A stretch of 64,000 bases of DNA from Anaerolineae bacterium (GTDB lineage Bacteria; Chloroflexota; Anaerolineae; UBA4142), in the NCBI GenBank assembly GCA_034435055.1, contig DAOTXS010000024.1:342-64341 (forward strand). Reading direction: 5' to 3'. Position numbers and translations under genes: made by a program. The notes below the pieces were generated by a model. The model was not told where the DNA came from and ran no database searches. It saw nothing but the letters and a program-made list of their open reading frames with translations. Position 1 is the stretch's first letter; each line of letters begins with the position of its first letter. Positions 9,980 to 18,721 of the stretch are shown here, piece by piece.

Positions 9980-10819
9980 ATGACCCTTCGCATCATCACC
10001 GACAGCACGAGCGATTTACCACCCGACCTTGCCGCGCAACTCGGCATCGTCATCGTGCCGTGCTTCATCAACATCGGCGAACAAAGTTTTCTCGACGGCA
10101 TCGACCTATCGCGCCAAGAATTTTACGCGCGACTCCCCACGTACACGCCATTTCCCAAGACCGCCGCGCCCGGCATCGAATTATTCCAGCAAGCGTATCG
10201 GCAAGTGATCCGTGAGGGTGCCACTGAAATTTTATCGATTCACGTTGCATCGAGTTTGAGTGCGGTGTACAATGTTGCGATGATTGCCGCACAAGAAATG
10301 AACGATGCGCCCATCACCGTTTTCGATTCGCGGCAATTATCGCTGGGCACCGGTTTCCAAGCGATGATCGCCGCGCAACTTGCCGCCGCCGGATTTTCAA
10401 TCGCTGAAATCGTCCGGCGACTCGACGAAAAAATCTTGCACATCCACGCTATGGCGGTTCTTGACACACTCGAATTTTTGCGGCGCGGCGGACGAGTCTC
10501 GCGGTTGGTGTCCAGTCTGGGCTCGCTTTTGCACATCAAGCCGGTGATGCACGTCTACAACGGCGAAGTGAACGCCGAACGAGTTCGCTCGCGCAAAACC
10601 GCGGTGGCACGAATGCTCGACATTGCGCAAGCGTCCGCGCCGTTCGAACAACTTGCTATCGTGCATACGCATGCGCCCGCGCTTGCTGAAGAATTGCGTC
10701 AACACGTGCAAACTGTTTTCCCATCGACCGATATTTCACTTTGTGTCGAAGTTACGCCGGTGATCGGCGCGCATTTGGGACCTGATGCCGTTGGTTTGAT
10801 TTACATCGGCGCAAAATAG
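9980..10819 (+). CDS. DegV family fatty-acid-binding protein
   Basis: IITDSTSDL, PKTAAP, SSLSAVY, FDSRQLS, LRRGGR, VIGAHLGP. Confidence 0.95.
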   Translation: MTLRIITDSTSDLPPDLAAQLGIVIVPCFINIGEQSFLDGIDLSRQEFYARLPTYTPFPKTAAPGIELFQQAYRQVIREGATEILSIHVASSLSAVYNVAMIAAQEMNDAPITVFDSRQLSLGTGFQAMIAAQLAAAGFSIAEIVRRLDEKILHIHAMAVLDTLEFLRRGGRVSRLVSSLGSLLHIKPVMHVYNGEVNAERVRSRKTAVARMLDIAQASAPFEQLAIVHTHAPALAEELRQHVQTVFPSTDISLCVEVTPVIGAHLGPDAVGLIYIGAK

Positions 10820-10833
10820 CGGAGGAATTTTTT

Positions 10834-11766
10834 GTGGAAAAAATTCGATTAGGTGCGACGGATCTCGTAATCACTGAAATGGGCATCGGCGCGTGGCAAT
10901 GGGGCGACACCCGCTTTTGGGGTTATGGTCGCGGTTACGGCGAAGATGATGTGCGCGCCGCAATGGAATTAACGATTACATCGCCCATCAATTTTCTCGA
11001 CACCGCCGAAGTGTACGGGTTTGGTACATCGGAACGATTGATTGGTAAATTTCTCGATGGTCACCGTTCGTCGCTTGTCATCGCCTCGAAATTTTTTCCG
11101 TTCCCGTGGCGAGTGCGCCGCGCGCAACTCCTCGATGCGTTGCGTGGAACGCTGAAACGATTGGCCATCGCGCAACTTGATCTGTACCAAATCCACTGGG
11201 CATTTCCGCCGGTGTCAATTGAAACGTGGATGTCGGCGATGGCGGACGCCATTGATGCTGGGTTGATTCGCGCGGTTGGCGTGTCAAATTACAATGCCGA
11301 GCAAACGCGCCGCGCGTACGATGCGCTTGCCAAACGTAACATTCCGCTCGCGTCGAATCAAGTGCCGTACAGTTTGCTCAATCGGAACATCGAGTTTGGC
11401 GGAACGCTGCAGACGTGCCGAGAATTGAACGTAACGATTATTGCGTACAGTCCGATTGCGCAAGGAATTCTTTCCGGCAAATATACGCCGGCAAATTTGC
11501 CGCCTGGGTTGCGGCGCGGACGATACAACCGAAAAGTAGTCGCCCAAGTGCAACCGCTGATTGGTTTGATGCGCGAAATTGGTCAAGCACACGGCGGCAA
11601 GACGTCGGCGCAAGTCGCAATCAACTGGACGATCTGTAAAGGTACCGTGCCGATTCCGGGCGTCAAGAATGTCCGGCAGGCGCAGGAAAATATCGGCGCG
11701 GCGGGGTGGCGGTTGACGGCAGATGAGGTTGCGGCGTTGGATCAAGCGAGTGCGAGGGTAAAATGA
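10834..11766 (+). CDS. Aldo/keto reductase
   Basis: FLDTAEVYG, IASKF, DLYQIHW, VGVSNY, AYSPIAQG, IPG. Confidence 0.95.
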   Translation: MEKIRLGATDLVITEMGIGAWQWGDTRFWGYGRGYGEDDVRAAMELTITSPINFLDTAEVYGFGTSERLIGKFLDGHRSSLVIASKFFPFPWRVRRAQLLDALRGTLKRLAIAQLDLYQIHWAFPPVSIETWMSAMADAIDAGLIRAVGVSNYNAEQTRRAYDALAKRNIPLASNQVPYSLLNRNIEFGGTLQTCRELNVTIIAYSPIAQGILSGKYTPANLPPGLRRGRYNRKVVAQVQPLIGLMREIGQAHGGKTSAQVAINWTICKGTVPIPGVKNVRQAQENIGAAGWRLTADEVAALDQASARVK

Positions 11767-12734
11767 AACGAATGCTCAAAATCATTTTGATCGTGCTTGG
11801 CGTTGTGATTGTCTTGTTGGCGATTGTTCCGTTTCTCATTCCGGTGCCACCGCTCGAAAACGTTGTGCCGCCGGAAAAGCTGGCGGATGCGGATAGCCGG
11901 TTCATCAACATCCACGGCATCAACGTGCATTACAAAATGTTTGGGCAAGGCAAGCCGGTTTTCATTCTCTTGCATGGTTTCGCCGCGAGTGAATTTTCGT
12001 GGCGCGAGGTGATGCAACCGCTTGCACAAGAATACAACGCAACCGTGATCGCGTACGACCGCCCGGCGTTTGGCTTGACCGCGCGTCCGTTGCCCGGCGA
12101 ATGGACAGGCGACTCGCCGTACGGACCGGACGCGCAAGTGAATATGCTAATCGGTTTGATGGACGCGCTGAAAATCGAACGCGCGATTTGGGTGGGCAAT
12201 TCAGCCGGCGGCGGCATTGCCGCGCTCGCCGCGCTTCGTCATCCCAGCCGGGTGGATGCGCTGATTCTCGTCGATGCGGCAATCGGCGGGGGTAGCAACG
12301 CGCCGTGGTATCAGCCGTTGATGACGACGCCGCAAGGACGACGGATCGGACCCTTGATCGCGCGGCAGATCAAAGAGTGGGGCATTGATTTTGGCAAATC
12401 GGCGTGGCACGCTCCATCCAAGATTACGCCGGAGATTTGGCAAGGGTATTTGAAACCACTTCAGGTCGAAAACTGGGATCGCGCGTTGTGGGAGTTTACG
12501 GCGTCGTCCCGCCCCACCGAACTGGCGAGTCAAATCAAAAATATCACGCTGCCGACGCTTGTCATCACCGGCGATGATGACAAAATCGTACCCAAGGAAC
12601 GAAGCATTCGGTTGGCAAATGAGTTACCGAACGCCAAGTTGGTAGTGATTCCAAATTGTGGTCACGTGCCTCACGAGGAATGTCCCGCCGAGTTTCTGAG
12701 CGCGGTGAAAAATTTTATGGGGACGATGCGATGA
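11763..12734 (+). CDS. Alpha/beta hydrolase with N-terminal TM
   Basis: LHGFAAS, YDRPAFG, GNSAGG, GDDD, CGHVPHEE. Confidence 0.92.
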   Translation: MKRMLKIILIVLGVVIVLLAIVPFLIPVPPLENVVPPEKLADADSRFINIHGINVHYKMFGQGKPVFILLHGFAASEFSWREVMQPLAQEYNATVIAYDRPAFGLTARPLPGEWTGDSPYGPDAQVNMLIGLMDALKIERAIWVGNSAGGGIAALAALRHPSRVDALILVDAAIGGGSNAPWYQPLMTTPQGRRIGPLIARQIKEWGIDFGKSAWHAPSKITPEIWQGYLKPLQVENWDRALWEFTASSRPTELASQIKNITLPTLVITGDDDKIVPKERSIRLANELPNAKLVVIPNCGHVPHEECPAEFLSAVKNFMGTMR

Positions 12735-12741
12735 GAAAAGC

Positions 12742-12775
12742 AAAACCGGGTTTCAAGGAGAAACCCGGTTTCTTA
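12742..12775. terminator. Hairpin (bidirectional terminator / REP-like)
   Basis: AAACCGGGTTTC-AAGGA-GAAACCCGGTTT between convergent genes. Confidence 0.7.
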
Positions 12776-12776
12776 T

Positions 12777-13109
12777 TTATGCCGCTTCGGCGAGCGCGCG
12801 ATGTTCTTTGAAATACGCATCGACCTCGCTGCGTGCTTTTTGAAACTGTTTGATCAGTGCTTCGTCATTCCCTTTATACGAAGCCAGTGTTCGCTTGGCG
12901 CACGCCGAGCAACCCATCAACGCTTTGTAGCGATCCGGGTTGCAATCGAGGCAACTGCATTGGCGGATCATCATCAGCGAGAAGGCAAGACTATCGGGGT
13001 GATCCTCGGGCAGGTTGGCGACACGCTTGGTCAAGTCGCGCCACTTGCCGTTGCGTATCGTCATCAACGATGCGATGCTCTTGTGCGGGAACAAAATCTC
13101 GGCACGCAT
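12777..13109 (-). CDS. Cys-rich hypothetical protein (putative Zn-binding)
   Basis: 110 aa; CSCLDC..CSAC; AGAAAGGA RBS; directly downstream of rnpB. Confidence 0.75.
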   Translation of the reverse strand: MRAEILFPHKSIASLMTIRNGKWRDLTKRVANLPEDHPDSLAFSLMMIRQCSCLDCNPDRYKALMGCSACAKRTLASYKGNDEALIKQFQKARSEVDAYFKEHRALAEAA

Positions 13110-13178
13110 AGTTAATCGACTTCCTTTCTATGGACGCGGATAACGCATCCGCATTGGTTTTTCAATCGGCGATGAAAG

Positions 13179-13582
13179 CGGCAAGCAGCCGTACCCCCGA
13201 TTCTGTTCTGTCCGTCATCTGTCTCACGGCTGGCGCCGTGGTCACGCTTGCGTTGCCGAGTGTTGTTCGGCTTTCACAGCGAAACTGCGACGGGAATCCA
13301 CCGGCTTGCGCCAGCCGATCCCACCCGCCTTGCTCCCAGTTGGACATTCACCTAGCCGCCGATATTGCTATCGACGCTGGTGGGCTTTTACCCCACCGTT
13401 GCACTCCTGACTCGCTTACGCGAGCGGATATGTTCTCTGTTGCAGTTGTCGTCACGCGCCGATTACTCGGCGTGTGCCCTCACTTGTCGTTTCGTGAGGC
13501 AACCGCGTTTCTTGCCGCGGCAAGAAACCGGGAGTCGGGAAGTTCCTCTCGTTGATACGAGCGACGGATCACTTGCTTGCCG
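13179..13582 (-). ncRNA. rnpB: RNase P RNA
   Basis: P1 CGGCAAGCA/UGCUUGCCG, P2 UCCGUC/GACGGA, P4 GAGGAACUUCCCGAC/ACAGAAUCGGGGGUA, UGCAACAGAGAAC, P13 GGUGGG-GUAAAAG-CCCACC, P14 with GCAA loop, GGGAGCAAGG. Confidence 0.95.
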
Positions 13583-13625
13583 AAAATGAGGCGGCAGGGA
13601 ATCGAACCCTGAACCCACAGCTTAA

Positions 13626-14319
13626 CCTACCACACTAGCTTTCGCTAGCCGCGCTTGCGCGCGTTGTAGTCTGGATCATCTCTTTACCCTCGGCTTTGTC
13701 CGGTCGGGTAGATTGCGTATGATCTCTGAGGGCTTGCTTGAAATCGAGATAGGTTTCAAACCAATGAACACCTTTGCGTTGATTGTTCTTTGGTTTATCT
13801 ACTCGAATGACGGTGGTGCCTTTGGCTTCAAGTATTTGATCTACACTCAAAAAGAGAATGATATCTCTTTGCGGAATGTAAACCGCAAACACATCCACGT
13901 CTTTTGATTTGTAGCGATAGCGATATCCCCCGGACCACTCTTCCGAGAATCCACGCTAATTTTGCCTTCTTTGAGATTCCTCGTCTTGACTTGGATTTTG
14001 ATTGGTTGGTCATCAACCAAAACAATCAAATCCACTCGCGCCAAGTCTCCCATTTCGGCAAAGACGCTCAAACCTTTGGACATGAGATGCGCCGCGACAC
14101 GCAGTACGCCAATGGCTCCCAACTGTTTACTATGTAGTTTCATCTATGCCGCTCTCCTGCATAGGGTATCAAACTTTGAGAGCCAATTCAAGGTTGCCTG
14201 CTGATTGCCCACATATCCCTGACATTTTCACGCGGAGTAACGTAGTCAGGGCTTGAGGGTGTTCCAGCATACAGCAATCTGCACTGTCCCAAATTACTTT
14301 GGGCAGGCTCCATTCATTA
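13626..14319 (-). mobile_element. Group I intron (694 nt) in tRNA anticodon, with ORF
   Basis: 5' exon ends in U, intron ends in G; P2 CUGCCCAAA/UUUGGGACAG, P3 AGAUUGC/GCAAUCU, P4 UGCUGG/UCAGCA, P7 G(A)GAUCA (13726-13720)/UGAUCC (13678-13673), P8 UACCC/GGGUA, two GNRA-capped P9 hairpins. Confidence 0.95.
13635..14143 (-). pseudogene. Intron-encoded PD-(D/E)XK homing endonuclease (I-Ssp6803I-like), frameshifted at about 13927-13931
   Basis: AGGAG RBS, ATG 14143; GAIG..VDLIV..KIQVKT motif in frame 1; ..GYRYRYKSKDVDVFAVY.. continues in a second frame to TAG 13637-13635. Confidence 0.85.
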
Positions 14320-14381
14320 AAGGCTGTTGCTCTGCCAATTGAGCTACCGCCCCCTATAAGATTTTAACGTGCGTCAGGCAC

Positions 14382-14408
14382 AAAAATCGGCGTGAGTTCA
14401 TCACGCCG
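14382..14408 (-). terminator. Intrinsic terminator downstream of GAF gene
   Basis: CGGCGTGA/TCACGCCG stem followed by ATTTTT on minus strand. Confidence 0.65.
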
Positions 14409-14518
14409 CAACAGGCGTTTCCCCGTTTGCTTGGGCAGTTTACCACAACTATTTATTGCTTGTCAAGCGTTTTGCCAAGCTCAAATTATGTTAATTGGCG
14501 GCGAAGTAAAGTCGATGT

Positions 14519-14959
14519 TCAAAAGCGAATTGCCAATAATCTAGCAATCTCCTCCAAAAATATCCGATCCGATTCGGTGAACGCCGCCGGCACATCGCTG
14601 TCAATATCGATTTCGCCGAACACACGATTGTCGCGCATAATCGGCACGACGATTTCGCTCCGCGTTTCCAAACTGCACGCGATGTACTCGGCATCGCTGT
14701 TCACATCGTCCACGATCACCGTGTCTTTAATGCGCGCGGCGCGCCCACAGATGCCTGCGCCAATCGGAATGCGTGTGTGTTCGGTGGGGCGACCGCGAAA
14801 CGAATGCAACACCAATGTCTCGCCATCGAGCAAGTAAAGATAAACGCCGGTGTAATGTGGAAAATTTTCTTTGAGCGTTGCGGCAACCAAGTCAAGGAGA
14901 TTAGAGATTGGGGATTCGAGATTTTGTTTGACCAGTTCAATTACTTTTTGTTGATTCAT
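14519..14959 (-). CDS. Stand-alone GAF protein (fRMsr/MsrC-like)
   Basis: RIPIGAGICG, VDDV, YIACS, SEIVVPI, GEIDIDS. Confidence 0.88.
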   Translation of the reverse strand: MNQQKVIELVKQNLESPISNLLDLVAATLKENFPHYTGVYLYLLDGETLVLHSFRGRPTEHTRIPIGAGICGRAARIKDTVIVDDVNSDAEYIACSLETRSEIVVPIMRDNRVFGEIDIDSDVPAAFTESDRIFLEEIARLLAIRF

Positions 14960-15034
14960 TTTTCATTCCTCCATAAGAACAAAACCTGTCGGATCCGAGC
15001 ATCGACAGGTCTATCAATCTCTTGTCTCTAATCT

Positions 15035-16471
15035 CTACCTAAACAACCCGCCCACCGCAAGCGCCAGCGCCGGTGCAGGGAACACGCCCAGCGCAATCAC
15101 GCCAACCACGGCGATGATCAACGCAATCGTTACAAACACATCCACGCGCAGCTTGTCCCAACCCGGCTTGGCTTCGTTCATATACATTTGCACGAGGGGA
15201 CGCAAATAGAAATACGCTGAGACGAGACTGTTCAATACGCCGATGACCGCCAGCCACGTCCAACCATTTTCGACTGCCGCGCTGAAAATCAAAAATTTTC
15301 CAACAAACCCGGCGAACGGTGGAAAGCCGGCAAGCGACAGCATGAAAATCGTTAGTGCCGCCGCGACGAGCGGTTGCTTTTGCGCCGCGCCAGCATAATC
15401 TCCAATTTCTAATCTCTCTCGCGCGCCATCGCTTAACGCAATCACTGCGCCAAACGCACCCAGGTTCGTTAGCGTGTACGCCAGCAAATAAAACAACGCC
15501 GATGACGTACCATTCGATCCCATCGCGACGAGTGCAATCAAAATGTACCCCGCGTGCGCGATACTCGAGTACGCGAGCATGCGTTTGATATTCGATTGCA
15601 AGAGCGCGGCGACGTTGCCGAGTGTCATTGTCAGCACGGCGACAATTGCCAGCACCATTTGCCAATCGACAGAAATGCCGGGCAAGGCAACAAGGAACGC
15701 GCGGAAGAATGCGCCGAACGCCGCCGCTTTGACCGCGACGCTCATAAAGCCGGTCACGGCAGTTGGCGCGCCTTCGTAAACATCGGGTGTCCACCAATGA
15801 AACGGGACGAGCGCAACTTTGAATCCAAAGCCAACCAGTAACAATCCCGCACCGACGAGCAACAAATCGTTGCCTTGCTTCGCCGCGAGCGCGATGCGCA
15901 TCAAGTTGGTCGTGCCGGTCGCGCCAAAAATGAACGCGATGCCGTACAAAAAGAATGCCGACGAAAACGCGCCGAGCAAAAAGTATTTCATCCCGGCTTC
16001 CAGCGAATGACCATCTTCACGTTTGAACGCGGCGAGGATATACAGCGGCAACGAAAGTAATTCCAGCGCGAGAAAGATGACGATGAGATCGGTCGCGGTC
16101 GTCATCAGAATCATGCCGACAACAGCGAACAACACGAGCGCGTAATACTCGCCTTGGTCAACGCGATGCGTGCGTACGAAATCAATCGCCAACAAAATAC
16201 TCAACGCTGCGCCGATAAGAATAACAAGCGTGAGAAACAAACCAAAATTGTCGGCGACGATCATTCCGCCGAAGGCCGTTGTGTTCGCACTCCACAAACC
16301 GATCGTTGCACCCGCCGCCATGAGCAAGCCCACCAGACTAAGAAAACCCAGCCAGCGTTTGCGCGCCGGCGATGTGAACAATTCGCCGAGCAAGACGAGC
16401 AAGGCGGTGATCGTAACGATGAGCGCGGGAGCGAGGATGCTTAGATTCAAGTCAGGAATGATTATAGGCAT
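15035..16471 (-). CDS. nuoN: NADH-quinone oxidoreductase subunit N
   Basis: LELLSLPLY, EAGMKYF, FKVALVPFHWWTPDVYEG, KRMLAYSSIAHAGY, SLAGFPP. Confidence 0.96.
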   Translation of the reverse strand: MPIIIPDLNLSILAPALIVTITALLVLLGELFTSPARKRWLGFLSLVGLLMAAGATIGLWSANTTAFGGMIVADNFGLFLTLVILIGAALSILLAIDFVRTHRVDQGEYYALVLFAVVGMILMTTATDLIVIFLALELLSLPLYILAAFKREDGHSLEAGMKYFLLGAFSSAFFLYGIAFIFGATGTTNLMRIALAAKQGNDLLLVGAGLLLVGFGFKVALVPFHWWTPDVYEGAPTAVTGFMSVAVKAAAFGAFFRAFLVALPGISVDWQMVLAIVAVLTMTLGNVAALLQSNIKRMLAYSSIAHAGYILIALVAMGSNGTSSALFYLLAYTLTNLGAFGAVIALSDGARERLEIGDYAGAAQKQPLVAAALTIFMLSLAGFPPFAGFVGKFLIFSAAVENGWTWLAVIGVLNSLVSAYFYLRPLVQMYMNEAKPGWDKLRVDVFVTIALIIAVVGVIALGVFPAPALALAVGGLFR

Positions 16472-16485
16472 TTTCGATTTTCGAT

Positions 16486-16591
16486 TTGTCATTGCGAGGA
16501 GCGTCCCGAGCGAAGCGAGGGATCAGCGACAAAGCAATCTCCTAATTTAGATTTGGGGATTGCTTCGCCCCATCGGGGCTCGCAATGACAA
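16486..16591. repeat. REP-like palindromic element (GTCATTGCGAG family) copy 1
   Basis: TTGTCATTGCGAG..AAGCAATC..GATTGCTT..CTCGCAATGACAA. Confidence 0.85.
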
Positions 16592-16594
16592 GGA

Positions 16595-18067
16595 CTATTT
16601 GATCACATGTAACAACTGCATCACACTCGCCTGAATCGGATCCAAGAACGTGCGCGGGTACACGCCGATCCAAACGATGAACACGACCAACGCAACCAGC
16701 AATGCAATTTCGCGCACGGATAAATCGGAGAGCGATTTATTTTCTTCGTGCGTAATGGGTCCATTCATCACGCGTTGATACATCCACAACAAATAAACGG
16801 CAGAGAGGACAACGCCGGTGGCAGCAAACGCCGCGTACCACACATTCGCCTGAAACGCGCCGACGAGAATCAAAAATTCACCAACAAAGCCGTTCAAGCC
16901 GGGCAAGCCCACTGACGAGAACATCACAATCAGCATGAACGCGGCGTAAATCGGCATCACTTTGGCGATGCCACCAAAATCGGCGATGAGGCGTGTGTGC
17001 CGGCGTTCGTACAACATCCCCACCAGCAAAAACAGTGCGCCGGTCGAAAGACCGTGATTGATCATTTGCAAAATACCACCGCTCATCCCTTGCGCGTTGA
17101 AGGCAAACAAACCCAGCATTACAAAACCAAGGTGTGAGACACTCGAGAACGCCACCAGCGATTTCACATCGCGTTGCACGATAGACACGATGGCGCCGTA
17201 GATGATACCAATGATCGCCAGCACAATCATCCATGGCGCAAACGATTTTGCGGCCTCCGGGAACAGTGGCAAGCAGAATCGAAGGAAACCGTACGTACCC
17301 ATTTTGAGCAAGACGCCGGCAAGGATCACACTGCCCGCCGTCGGCGCTTCCACGTGCGCATCGGGTAGCCACGTGTGAAAGGGAAACATTGGTACTTTGA
17401 TCGCAAACGCCAGCGCGAACGCGAGGAACAAGATCGGTTGCAAGCCCAGCGGCACCGGCGTTCTCAAAACATCCGTGAGCGCGAACGAGAGCGTGCCAGT
17501 TACATCGCGTTGCACAAACACCAGCGCCAGCATCGCCACCAACATCAGCGTCGAGCCGAACATCGTGAACAGGATAAATTTGATGGCGGCGTACACTTTG
17601 CGCCCGTGCCCCCAAATGCCGATCAGGAACGCCATCGGGATGAGCGTAAATTCCCAAAAGATGTAGAATAGAAATAGATCGAAAGATACGAAAACGCCGA
17701 TCATTGCGGATTCGAGCAAGAGGAAAAAGATGTGATACTCTTTGACGCGCTCAATGATGCCAACCCAGGAGCCGCCAATCGCGATGATCATCAAGAACGT
17801 GGTGAGCAACACGAGCAAAATGCTCAAGCCATCCACGGCGAGATACCACGAGATACCCAGTTGCGGAATCCACGCAACGCGCTCGACGAATTGCAAATCG
17901 GCAGTGGCGCGGAAATTCAAGAACAATACAACACTGACGACGAACTCGATAATTGTCGTGGCGAGCGCGAGCCATCGAACTGCTTTTTCGGATTGGTGCG
18001 GAATGAACAATAGAATGAGCGCGCCAACCAGCGGGAGAACAATGAGAAGAGAAAGTAGATTAGTCAT
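16595..18067 (-). CDS. nuoM: NADH-quinone oxidoreductase subunit M
   Basis: [59 protein letters not shown]. Confidence 0.97.
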   Translation of the reverse strand: MTNLLSLLIVLPLVGALILLFIPHQSEKAVRWLALATTIIEFVVSVVLFLNFRATADLQFVERVAWIPQLGISWYLAVDGLSILLVLLTTFLMIIAIGGSWVGIIERVKEYHIFFLLLESAMIGVFVSFDLFLFYIFWEFTLIPMAFLIGIWGHGRKVYAAIKFILFTMFGSTLMLVAMLALVFVQRDVTGTLSFALTDVLRTPVPLGLQPILFLAFALAFAIKVPMFPFHTWLPDAHVEAPTAGSVILAGVLLKMGTYGFLRFCLPLFPEAAKSFAPWMIVLAIIGIIYGAIVSIVQRDVKSLVAFSSVSHLGFVMLGLFAFNAQGMSGGILQMINHGLSTGALFLLVGMLYERRHTRLIADFGGIAKVMPIYAAFMLIVMFSSVGLPGLNGFVGEFLILVGAFQANVWYAAFAATGVVLSAVYLLWMYQRVMNGPITHEENKSLSDLSVREIALLVALVVFIVWIGVYPRTFLDPIQASVMQLLHVIK

Positions 18068-18707
18068 TCTTCAAGTTTCGTTGTGAAAACCAGATTTTTT
18101 CATCCGCAAGCCAACCGTCTTGGGTGGGTTGACCGATAAGATTCTCGCGGTCAAATTTCCATCGAAATGGATTCGACACAATGTACTCACGGATGCGGTT
18201 CAGTTCATTTTCATTGCGGATGATATGTTCGTAATAGTTGCGTTGCCAAAATTTTCCGACAACGTTGAGATTATTTTGTTTGATGTAGTTGAGCCACATT
18301 ATCGTGCACAATGATTTGAATGCACCAACCACATTGCCCAAGGTTGGTCTCGTAGGGGCAGGGCTCGCCCCTGCCCTGCCTTGGACGACCCTCGCCCCAT
18401 TCTGGGCGACCACAAGGGTCGCCCCAACGTCATCCGCCAACACCAGGATGCCGTGAATGTGATTAGGCATGACCACGAATGCATCCAACGCGACCGATGG
18501 AAAACGATTCGGAATATCATTCCAAGACCGATTTACAATTTCGCCTAACGCTGATAATGCGATCCCGCTGTCGCGAATTTCCGATAAGATGCACGCGCGG
18601 TCTCGAACCGTTGCTGTAATAAAGTACGCCCCTGCGCTTGAATAGTCGTACCCTTTCAAGCGGATTGACCGACGATGATGTTTCGTTGGGTTGTATCGTG
18701 ATCTCAT
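18060..18707 (-). mobile_element. REP-associated tyrosine transposase (RAYT, IS200-like Y1 HUH)
   Basis: SIRLKGYDYS, YFITA, FVVMPNHIHGI (HUH), FWQRNYYEHIIR..IREYIVSNP. Confidence 0.93.
18352..18428. repeat. REP doublet (REPIN) inside RAYT coding sequence
   Basis: GTAG-GGGCAGGG..CCCTGCCC and inverted GTTG-GGGCGACC..GGTCGCCC. Confidence 0.8.
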
Positions 18708-18721
18708 TTTGCGATTCTACA

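Larger units (their letters stand above)
13587..14353 (-). tRNA. tRNA-Lys(UUU), intron-split; exon 1 14353-14320, exon 2 13625-13587; CCA not encoded
   Basis: Joined exons fold GGGGCGG UA GCUC AAUUGGCA GAGC A ACAGC CUU|UUAA GCUGU GGGUU CAGGG UUCGAUU CCCUG CCGCCUC A (73 nt); G1-C72 and A73 fit Lys. Alternative one-base-shifted splice gives GUU (Asn). Confidence 0.85.

Noticed and set aside
13130-13898. ORF-track entries overlapping rnpB and the intron (13130-13555, 13162-13347, 13365-13589, 13713-13907)
   Set aside because: Chance frames over structured RNA; no RBS or motif.
13621-14324. Alternative splice giving tRNA-Asn(GUU) at 33/34 (exon CU + GUUAA; intron 14320-13627)
   Set aside because: A guide pairing can be drawn, but G1-C72/A73, the Leu-intron-like GAG-C-P2 register and CUAC/GUAG next to G13626 favour Lys. 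Not fully excluded without a splicing assay.
14354-14354. Extra G at -1 of the tRNA, as in tRNA-His
   Set aside because: Position 73 is A, so there is no G-1:C73 pair, and neither possible anticodon is His.
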